Source: Collinsella sp.
GTDB lineage: Bacteria > Actinomycetota > Coriobacteriia > Coriobacteriales > Coriobacteriaceae
DNA: 35,986 nt
NCBI GenBank assembly: GCA_048201615.1
Contig: DBFBFY010000116.1
Coordinates: 1-35,986, forward strand
Reading direction: 5' to 3'
The position numbers and the translations under genes are program-made. Numbering within the stretch: the first letter of the stretch is position 1; every line of letters begins with the position of its first letter. A model generated the notes under the pieces. That model was not told where the DNA came from and did no database searches. It saw only the letters and a list, made by a program, of their open reading frames with translations. This document shows positions 28,480 through 35,986 of the stretch, piece by piece.

Positions 28480-29490
28480 CTACGCCCGCAGATCCCTTAC
28501 GCTGGAACGCTCGACCAACACGCCCGAGACGAGCGTACGGCTTCTGGAGCTCGGGGCTTCCAGACCTGCGACGACCTCGTTAAGCGCACGGATGCCCAGC
28601 TCGCGGTGGCGAAACTTCACCGACGTCAGAATCGAGTTGGGAATCGTCTTGTAGAGCTCATCGTCGAAGCCGATCACGGACACGTCGTCGGGCACACTGA
28701 GCCCTTTGTCACGTAGAGCCATCATCACGCCGTTTGCCATGCAGTCGTTAGCAGCGAGGACCGCCGTGCAATCGGGCTTATCGGCAAGCACAAGGCCCGC
28801 GGCATAGCCACTATCCGCATTCCAATCGCCTTGCAGAGGCTCGGGCGGCTCAATGCCACGTGCCTCGAGTGCCGCTCGCCAACCTTTCATACGGCACTGG
28901 CTCGACAGTGATTCTTTCTTACCAGAGACGAAGTACACGTTCTTGTGCCCGTGGTTCAAGAAGTACTCGCACGCCATGCGCGCGCCGCCCTCTTGGTCGT
29001 CACTGACGGTAGAGCAGGTAGGATGTTCCATCGGTGTGATAATCACCGTCTTGAGGTCTTTCGGCGCCTCAAAGGTATCAAAGTCATCGACCATCTGGCG
29101 CAGGTTGAAAATCATGCCGTCGACGGGGAGCTGCGACATTCTACGCGCCGCTTCGGCAAGGGTCATCTTCTCCCCCGCCCGCTTTTTGATCATCGTAAGA
29201 GCAAAGCCTCGCTCTTCGGCGGCATCGGCGATACCGTCGATCATGTCCACGGCACCGCCCGACAAGTGGAACAGCACGACGCCGATGCACCCGTAACGGC
29301 CCAACTTGAGCGAACGCGCGGCAAAGTTGGCTCGAAACCCGAGCGCCTCCATGGCCGAATGAACCTTATCGCGTGTCGACTCTCGCACGCTATCGGGCTC
29401 GTTAATCACGCGCGAAACCGTCTTGAGAGAAACACCAGCGGCAATCGCCACATCATTCATTGAGACATTTTTCTTGTCCATCGTTGCCAC
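28480..29490 (-). CDS. LacI-family regulator 3
   Basis: MNDVAIAAGVSLKTVSR, FRANFAARSL and PDDVSVIGFDD; GTG start with GGAG upstream. Confidence 0.94.
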   Translation of the reverse strand: MATMDKKNVSMNDVAIAAGVSLKTVSRVINEPDSVRESTRDKVHSAMEALGFRANFAARSLKLGRYGCIGVVLFHLSGGAVDMIDGIADAAEERGFALTMIKKRAGEKMTLAEAARRMSQLPVDGMIFNLRQMVDDFDTFEAPKDLKTVIITPMEHPTCSTVSDDQEGGARMACEYFLNHGHKNVYFVSGKKESLSSQCRMKGWRAALEARGIEPPEPLQGDWNADSGYAAGLVLADKPDCTAVLAANDCMANGVMMALRDKGLSVPDDVSVIGFDDELYKTIPNSILTSVKFRHRELGIRALNEVVAGLEAPSSRSRTLVSGVLVERSSVRDLRA

Positions 29491-29620
29491 TGCTTCTCCA
29501 GTCGGTTTTACATCGCTTGTTTTTGCGTTCTAGCATACACTACCTGCCTGACTGATAAATCAACCGTTTACCGAACAATATCGACCGCTCACCCGTATAT
29601 CCTTGTTGCTCTTCCAAAAA

Positions 29621-29663
29621 TGTCTTACGTTGTCATTAACGAAATGACAACGTTGTCATTTCG
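29621..29663. promoter_or_regulatory. LacI-type operators, module 3
   Basis: TGTCTTACGTTGTCAT (29621) and the perfect palindrome CGAAATGACAACGTTGTCATTTCG (29640-29663). Confidence 0.75.
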
Positions 29664-29764
29664 CAATGCCTTCCTTAAGCAGGAAGGTTTCCGGGCAGTC
29701 CTGACCATCCATCGACGACCAGTTCCATCCACATGCATCGCGCATCAAGTAGCAAAGGAGCTCT

Positions 29765-31543
29765 ATGGACGCCATCGTAAAGATGCTCGAAAAGCATCAG
29801 CCGTTCTTTGAGAAGATCTCGAGGAACATCTACCTCCAGGCTATTAAGGACGGATTCCTTGGGTGCATGCCCATCGTCCTCACCTCTTCGATCTTTCTGC
29901 TCATTGCCACCCTTCCCGGCGTAGTCGGCATCACGCTGCCCCAGCCGCTCATCGACTGGTGCAACAAGCTGTACAACTTCACCATGGGCGTCATGGGCAT
30001 CATGGTCGCCGGCACCACTGCCAAGAACTTTACGGCTTCCATGAACCGTCGCATGCCCGCCGGCAAGGTGCTCAACGACGGCTCCACCATGGTGGCCGCC
30101 CAGTGCAGTATGCTTTTGCTCGCCGTTACGCAGTTCACCACCAAGTTCAACGGCTCCGAGCTTTCGGTCTTCGACTGCACCAGCATGGGCACGCGCGGTC
30201 TGTTCTCGGCCTATATCGCCGCGTTCATCACCGTGTGGGTCTACAAATTCTGCGTCTCTCGCGATCTGACCATTAAGCTGCCCAAGGAGGTCCCGGGCGC
30301 CATCGCTCAGAACTTCCGTGACATCATCCCCTTTGGCGGCGCCGTCATCATCTGCGGCATCATCGATGTCGTCGTGCGCAACCTCATGGGCGTTCCGTTC
30401 TCCGAGCTGCTCATCAAGCTGCTCTCCCCGCTCTTCACTGCAGCAGAGACCTACCCCGGACTCATCCTTATTCAGGCAGCCACCGCGTTCTTCTGGTTCA
30501 TCGGTGTCCACGGTCCTTCGATTGTCCAGCCGGGCATCGACCCCATCCGTCTTGCCAACCAGGCCGAGAATCTGCAGGTTCTGCTGGCCGGTGGTCACCC
30601 CGCCCATTCCCTCACCTTCAACATGTCGCTCGTGGGTGAGTTCGGCGGCACCGGTGCCACGTTCATCGTGCCGCTTCTGCTGATTCTCTTTATGAAGTCC
30701 AAGCAGCTCAAAGCCGTCGGTAAGGCCTCGATTGTTCCTGTTGCCTTCGCCGTCAACGAACCGCTGCTCTTTGGCGCGCCGATGATCCTTAACCCCTACA
30801 TGCTCATCCCCTTTGTTGCCGCCGGCTGCGTCAACGTGAGTGTTGCCAAGTTCTTTATCGATAACGTGGGCATGAACGGCTTCTCCTTCGTGGTGCCTTG
30901 GGCTACCCCTGCCCCCATCGGCATCTTCATCACCACGAACTTCCAGCTTATCGCCCTGGTATTTGTCGCGATCATCATCTTGCTGGACGCCATCATCTAC
31001 CTACCGTTCTTGAAGGCATACGATAAGCTGCTCTGCGACCAGGAGGCCGAGCGCGCCGCCGAGCTGGGTCTTGAGTCCGATGGTGCTGCCACCATCGCCG
31101 CCAGCACCTCTGCGCCCACTGTCGAACAGACTACCGCTTCCGTCGAGCCGACCGCCGCTGCCGCCGACAGCGAGCCTGTCGCCGATCAGCCCGAGCCCGC
31201 AGCCGACGCATCCGCTAAGAAGGATGTCGACGGTCTGAAGGTCCTCGTCCTGTGCGCCGGCGCCGGCACCTCTGCCATGCTTGCCAACGCCATCAAGGAA
31301 GGTGCTGCGCAGACCGGAGAGAACATCGCTTCCTCCGCAGGCGCTTATGGTCAGCACACTGCCATCATGGATCAGTACGACGTTATCGTGCTTGCCCCGC
31401 AGGTCCGTAGCTACTACAACGACATGAAGGCCGACACCGATCGTCTGGGCATTAAGCTGCTCGCCCCGCGCGGCAAGGAATATATCGACCTTACTCGCGA
31501 CCCCGCTGGCGCCATTAAGTGGCTCCGCGAGAACCTCGACTAG
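29765..31543 (+). CDS. lacE: PTS lactose-family EIICB, paralog 3
   Basis: YLQAIKDGF, FWFIGVHGPSIV, FGGTGAT and EIIB VLVLCAGAGTS. Confidence 0.92.
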   Translation: MDAIVKMLEKHQPFFEKISRNIYLQAIKDGFLGCMPIVLTSSIFLLIATLPGVVGITLPQPLIDWCNKLYNFTMGVMGIMVAGTTAKNFTASMNRRMPAGKVLNDGSTMVAAQCSMLLLAVTQFTTKFNGSELSVFDCTSMGTRGLFSAYIAAFITVWVYKFCVSRDLTIKLPKEVPGAIAQNFRDIIPFGGAVIICGIIDVVVRNLMGVPFSELLIKLLSPLFTAAETYPGLILIQAATAFFWFIGVHGPSIVQPGIDPIRLANQAENLQVLLAGGHPAHSLTFNMSLVGEFGGTGATFIVPLLLILFMKSKQLKAVGKASIVPVAFAVNEPLLFGAPMILNPYMLIPFVAAGCVNVSVAKFFIDNVGMNGFSFVVPWATPAPIGIFITTNFQLIALVFVAIIILLDAIIYLPFLKAYDKLLCDQEAERAAELGLESDGAATIAASTSAPTVEQTTASVEPTAAAADSEPVADQPEPAADASAKKDVDGLKVLVLCAGAGTSAMLANAIKEGAAQTGENIASSAGAYGQHTAIMDQYDVIVLAPQVRSYYNDMKADTDRLGIKLLAPRGKEYIDLTRDPAGAIKWLRENLD

Positions 31544-31619
31544 TTTCCTCCCTCTGATGGTGCCTGGATCCCCAGTTCGGGCACCTCTCCCTATTCGTAT
31601 TCCACAGAAAGGATGACTC

Positions 31620-33041
31620 ATGACCAACCCCATGCAGTTCCCCGACGGCTTTGTGTTTGGCGGCGCCACCGCTGCTTACCAGGTTGAGGGCGAGACCCGT
31701 ACGCACGGCAAGGGCAAAGTGCCCTGGGACGATTTCCTGGCTGCTCAGGGTCGCTTCTCCCCCGACCCCGCAAGCGATTTCTACAACAAGTACCCGGTCG
31801 ATATCGACCTGTGCCAGCGCTTCGGCATCAACGGTATCCGTGTCTCCATCGCTTGGAGCCGCATCTTCCCCAATGGCACCGGCGAGATTAACCCCGAGGG
31901 CGTCGCTTTCTATCACGAGCTTTTCGCCACCTGCAATAAGGCCGGCGTTATCCCCTATGTCACGCTCGATCACTTTGATACACCTGAGGCCTTTTACCAG
32001 AACGGCGGCGAGGGTTTCCTGACGCGCACGACGATCGACGCCTTTGTCGAGTACGCCAAGTTCTGCTTTGCCGAGTTCACCGAGGTCAAGCACTGGTTTA
32101 CCTTTAACGAGATTCCCGCGACCGCCGAGGGCAGCTTTATCGTCGGCAACTGGCCGCACGGCGAGAAGTATCGCCTGGACAAGGCTTTCCAGCTCATGCA
32201 CAACATGATGGTGGCCCACGCCAAGGCCGTCGTCGCCTTCCATGAGGGTGGCTTTGAGGGCGAGATCGGCATTGTCCAGAACCTAGAGCCCAAGTATCCC
32301 CTCGACCCCAACAACGCCGCCGACTGCGAGGCAGCTCGCATGGCCGACGTCATCAACAACCGCTGGGTACTCGACGCCACCTTCCGCGGCCACTATGCAG
32401 CCGACACCATGGAGGCTGCGACCAAGCTGGCCCATATCGCCGGCGGCGAGCTCGACGTCCGCGACGAGGACATCGCCGCGCTGACCGCCGCGCTCCCCTA
32501 CAACGATTGCTTGGGCGTCAACACCTACAAGTGCCAGTTCCTGCGTGCCGCCGAGGGCGAAAACGACATCAACCACAATGGCACCGGCGACAAGGGCTCC
32601 TCGCGCTGGTTCCTCAAGGGCGTGGGCGAGTCATGCGTGCGCGAAGGCGTACCCACCACCGATTGGGACTGGATCATCTATCCCGAGGGCCTGTACGATC
32701 TGCTGCTGCGAATTAAGAACGATTACCCCAACTACAAGAAGATCTACATTACCGAGAACGGCATGGGCTATAAGGACGACTTTGAGGACGGCTTTATCGA
32801 CGACGCCCCTCGCATCGACTACATGCGTCAGCATCTCGCATGGATTCTCAAGGCAATCGACGGCGGCGTGAACGTCGACGGTTACTTCGTGTGGTCGCTG
32901 CAGGACCAGTTCTCCTGGACCAACGGCTATAACAAGCGCTATGGCCTGTTCTACATCGACTTTGAGACCCAGAAGCGCTATCCCAAGGCGAGCGCGTACT
33001 GGTACAAGAACGTCGCGGAGACCGGCCTGCTCATGGCCTAG
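31620..33041 (+). CDS. lacG: 6-phospho-beta-galactosidase (GH1), paralog 3
   Basis: GGATAAYQ, TFNE, ITENG and DQFSWTNGYNKRYG. Confidence 0.93.
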   Translation: MTNPMQFPDGFVFGGATAAYQVEGETRTHGKGKVPWDDFLAAQGRFSPDPASDFYNKYPVDIDLCQRFGINGIRVSIAWSRIFPNGTGEINPEGVAFYHELFATCNKAGVIPYVTLDHFDTPEAFYQNGGEGFLTRTTIDAFVEYAKFCFAEFTEVKHWFTFNEIPATAEGSFIVGNWPHGEKYRLDKAFQLMHNMMVAHAKAVVAFHEGGFEGEIGIVQNLEPKYPLDPNNAADCEAARMADVINNRWVLDATFRGHYAADTMEAATKLAHIAGGELDVRDEDIAALTAALPYNDCLGVNTYKCQFLRAAEGENDINHNGTGDKGSSRWFLKGVGESCVREGVPTTDWDWIIYPEGLYDLLLRIKNDYPNYKKIYITENGMGYKDDFEDGFIDDAPRIDYMRQHLAWILKAIDGGVNVDGYFVWSLQDQFSWTNGYNKRYGLFYIDFETQKRYPKASAYWYKNVAETGLLMA

Positions 33042-33063
33042 TTTCCGCCGCATACCCCCTGTC

Positions 33064-33110
33064 GGCCGCATACGAATCCCTCCACGGGTTCGCATGCGGC
33101 CTTTTTGTTT
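33064..33110 (+). terminator. Intrinsic terminator after lacG3
   Basis: GGCCGCATACGAATCC...GGGTTCGCATGCGGCC-TTTTTGTTT. Confidence 0.8.
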
Positions 33111-33131
33111 TGGCTCGGACCTGAGCGGGCC

Positions 33132-33274
33132 GTTTGTCTCAATCTGTAACATCTAGCAGGGATTTTCGGCCCTAGCTGTTACAGATCAAGACAAACAAAA
33201 CGCCCGAGCAGAAATATCTCAATCTGTAACACATAGCCCACTTTCGACCGTCTACCTGTTACAGATCGAGACAA
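33132..33274. repeat. ~80-bp palindromic repeat array C (2 units)
   Basis: ATCTGTAACA-N25-TGTTACAGAT at 33142 and 33222. Confidence 0.9.
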
Positions 33275-33326
33275 TAAGATAGTCAAATCCGAACTTTCCA
33301 AGCAGTTATGAACCATGGTTTCCAGT

Positions 33327-33401
33327 TTTCGGTATCACGAACATACTTTCGGTATCATTTAATGATATTATGATATCGAAAGTATGTTCGTGATACCGAA
33401 A
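33327..33401 (+). promoter_or_regulatory. 75-bp palindromic promoter/operator of the fic gene
   Basis: 32-bp arms (31/32 complementary), four TTTCGRTATCA boxes, central TGaTATTAT extended -10; abuts RBS AAGGAG. Confidence 0.75.
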
Positions 33402-33409
33402 GGAGCCGC

Positions 33410-34642
33410 ATGCGCCAGTTCGATTACACCACAGTCCCAGCGGAACTCGAAGCAACTCCAATCACCAACCTCCTCCTCTCGATACGCGAGCATAAAGGCC
33501 GTCAGCTTGCTCTGAGTCAAGTCAAACCCGAGCTTCTATCGTCCCTAATGGAGGAGGCTAAGATCCAAAGCACCCGATCCTCCAACGGACTTGAAGGAAT
33601 TGTTACCACCCAAAAAAGACTCAAAGCGATTATGGCGTATTCCGCCAAGCCAAGCTCCCGCGCAGAGGAAGAAATCGCTGGATACCGAGATGTGCTGTCG
33701 CTTATTCACGAGCAACACGATTCCATTCCCGTAACGCCATCGGTCATTCTGCAGTTGCATCGTGACCTCATGGCGCACACGGCAATCTCGTATGGAGGCC
33801 ATTGGAAAGATGGCGATAACGAAATCGTCTCCATTGACGATCAAGGTAATCGATTTGTGCGCTTTAGGCCCCCTTCGGCTCTAGCAACCCCGGGACTTAT
33901 TAAAGAAGCCTGCCAGTCCCTCAACGATGCTTTATCTTGCCAAGTTTGCGATCCCCTCCTTATATCGCTCCGCTTTATCTTCGATTTTGTTAGCATTCAT
34001 CCCTTCAACGATGGCAATGGCAGGATGAGTCGGCTCCTTACAACGCTGCTGCTCGAAAAGACTGGATACGACGTTGCGCGTTACATCAGCATCGAACGAC
34101 TTATTGAAGACAACAAAGCGCTTTACTACAACGCTCTCGCTGCAAGCTCCACTGGATGGAATGAAAATCAAAACACCGAAGTACCCTTTATCCGTTTCAT
34201 GCTCGGAACAACCCTGGCCGCCTACCGACAGCTCGAGCAGCGTACCTTAATTGAATCAAGCACTCGTCCCATGTCGAAGCAAGCGCGCATCGCCGTTCTA
34301 TTTCAACAGAGACCCGGCGTCATTAAGAAATCCGACATCCGATCCAACTGCCCCGATATCAGCGAGGTTACCGTTAAACGAACCCTCGGTCAGCTTGTTA
34401 GTTGCAGCGCAATCGAAAAAACAGGAGCGGGTCGTTCGACGGGCTACATACTCAAAGACGTCCATGCTCTAGAACTATTCTTGCAATCCGCAATACCCGA
34501 TAGCGAGGCCGCAATAACAAAAGAGGCTCCAAAGGATAAGCTCCTTGAACGTATAAACCACGCCGAGGATGAAAGCAGAGAGGAGCTCTATGAAGACTAC
34601 GATTCATTCTCAAGGGACATAAAGACAAAATACGGAGTCTAG
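33410..34642 (+). CDS. Fic-domain protein with C-terminal winged-HTH
   Basis: Canonical HPFNDGNGRMSR motif, N-terminal STRSSNGLEG, C-terminal ISEVTVKRTL...IEKTGAGRSTGY. Visibly lower GC than neighbours. Confidence 0.93.
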   Translation: MRQFDYTTVPAELEATPITNLLLSIREHKGRQLALSQVKPELLSSLMEEAKIQSTRSSNGLEGIVTTQKRLKAIMAYSAKPSSRAEEEIAGYRDVLSLIHEQHDSIPVTPSVILQLHRDLMAHTAISYGGHWKDGDNEIVSIDDQGNRFVRFRPPSALATPGLIKEACQSLNDALSCQVCDPLLISLRFIFDFVSIHPFNDGNGRMSRLLTTLLLEKTGYDVARYISIERLIEDNKALYYNALAASSTGWNENQNTEVPFIRFMLGTTLAAYRQLEQRTLIESSTRPMSKQARIAVLFQQRPGVIKKSDIRSNCPDISEVTVKRTLGQLVSCSAIEKTGAGRSTGYILKDVHALELFLQSAIPDSEAAITKEAPKDKLLERINHAEDESREELYEDYDSFSRDIKTKYGV

Positions 34643-34750
34643 TCATATCCCAGAATAGCCTCATCCTTGTTGCCCAAAATTATTTGCGCGTCAACGTGAA
34701 GCGGTAATCCCCGCGCCGACAGGGGGCAGAAGTATCGCCTGCAGCGCTTG

Positions 34751-35515
34751 TTAGCAGATGACCCGCGTATGTTCCTCGATGGCGACACGATCCTCGGCGG
34801 CGATGCCCGGCTCGCACACCACGGCGTCCAGGCTGTCCAGGCGGCAGAAGGTGTAGAAGTCGCGCTTGCCGATCTTGCTGGAGTCGGCGATCAGATAGCG
34901 CGAGTCGGCCTTGCTAAAGGCGAGCTGCTGGATACGACCCTCATCCATATTAGACGTAGACACGTCGCCATCCAGAATGCCGTTGGCGCCGATAAACGCC
35001 GCATCGATACCCAACGCACGCAGAGTATCCTCGGCCGTTGGCCCCACAAAAGCGGCGGTGCGGCGACGGTACATACCGCCCACGAGGCACAGGTCGCAGT
35101 CTTCGCGCGCCTCGAGCAGGTTAAACACCGAAAGCGAATTGGTCACAATGCGCAGGCGAAACGCCGGCAGCATCGAGGCCATCTGCTCAACCGTGGTGCC
35201 CGTACCCAAAAAGATGGTCGAGCCCTCCTCGATGAGCTCCACAGCGCGGCGCGCGATCTGCAGCTTTTCCTCGGCATGCTTGGTGCGCTTTTCGCTGTGC
35301 GAATACTCGTGGCGCAACATAGCGTGGGGACGGCCCTGTGCACTACGGGCTCCGCCGTGCACGCGCTCGATCTCGCCCAGGCTTGCAAGCTCCTCAAGGT
35401 CGCGACGGATCGTCATGTCCGAGACACCTAACGCATCCGAAATCTCCTTAACCGAAACCGTGCCCTGCTCATCGAGCAGCTGGCGAACCCTATCCTGTCG
35501 CTCTGCCTTAATCAC
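34751..35515 (-). CDS. lacR: DeoR-family repressor (LacR-like)
   Basis: VSDMTIRRDL HTH, IFLGTGTT, VTNSL and ADSSKIG; located at the end of the lac/tagatose locus. Confidence 0.85.
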   Translation of the reverse strand: MIKAERQDRVRQLLDEQGTVSVKEISDALGVSDMTIRRDLEELASLGEIERVHGGARSAQGRPHAMLRHEYSHSEKRTKHAEEKLQIARRAVELIEEGSTIFLGTGTTVEQMASMLPAFRLRIVTNSLSVFNLLEAREDCDLCLVGGMYRRRTAAFVGPTAEDTLRALGIDAAFIGANGILDGDVSTSNMDEGRIQQLAFSKADSRYLIADSSKIGKRDFYTFCRLDSLDAVVCEPGIAAEDRVAIEEHTRVIC

Positions 35516-35720
35516 GATGAATCCTCGCCGTTCTATGCGTGCATATCATTCAAACAGTAACGAACAAATTGTATCAGACCCGTGCGCGTCAAAAATGAAC
35601 GCCCGCACAGCTCCAATCATCACTTTTTTGAGAAAAATACCCCTGCTTTAGTGGGGTGTAGTGATAATCTCGCCTGTTCGCGCTACAGTTTGTCGGAAAT
35701 ACCTCGATGTTAGGAACCAA

Positions 35721-35986
35721 ATGATCACTTCCGAGCTTTTCGGCACCGCGCCGTGCGGTACCCCCGTTCATCGTTACACCCTCAACGGGCCCGAGATCTG
35801 CGTTCGCATTATGGACTATGGCGCCACCGTGCTTGGTATCGACGTGCCCGACATTCCCGGCAACGTGCGCGATGTGGTGCTGGGCTTCGATAAGCTCGAG
35901 GATTACTTTGACAACCCCGCCTGCTTTGGCGCGACCATCGGCCCCGTGGCAAACCGCACCGCGGGCGCCACGATCACCATCGACGG
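35721..35986 (+). CDS. galM: Aldose 1-epimerase (galactose mutarotase), 5' part
   Basis: Manual translation MITSELFGTAPCGTPVHRYTL...IMDYGAT...DVVLGFD...FGATIGPVANR; RBS AGGA; truncated by window end. Confidence 0.88.
   Translation, partial: MITSELFGTAPCGTPVHRYTLNGPEICVRIMDYGATVLGIDVPDIPGNVRDVVLGFDKLEDYFDNPACFGATIGPVANRTAGATITID

Noticed and set aside
31960..31985. Inactivation of LacG3 by TLDH instead of TLHH
   Set aside because: The changed position is the variable x of TLxH; the conserved His and both catalytic glutamates are intact.
34643..34745. RelE/ParE toxin remnant after the Fic tail
   Set aside because: No start codon or recognisable toxin motif in this short gap.

Overview
High-GC actinobacterial chromosome segment; gene content and style suggest a gut Coriobacteriia such as Collinsella (inference). 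The left third is housekeeping: partial VanZ-like gene, acidic membrane-anchored hypothetical protein, rho with a very long disordered N-terminus, argS, CarD-like protein, HD hydrolase, proA and a proline iminopeptidase. Next comes an intact IS110-family element with 15-bp subterminal inverted repeats and a ~300-bp 3' non-coding region holding short matches to its own junctions, a candidate bridge/seek RNA. The remaining ~23 kb is a lactose/beta-galactoside PTS and tagatose-6-P locus: lacC, lacX, lacB, lacA, an unknown membrane protein, a single lacF (EIIA), three paralogous LacI + EIICB + 6-phospho-beta-galactosidase modules, a lower-GC Fic gene, a DeoR/LacR repressor and a partial galM. Each of the three modules ends in an array of fixed-geometry ~80-bp palindromic repeats (8 units in total) and carries its own operator variant. 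All five sugar promoter regions share a 21-bp-period direct-repeat motif. At least five different palindromic intergenic element families are present. lacD is absent from the window.
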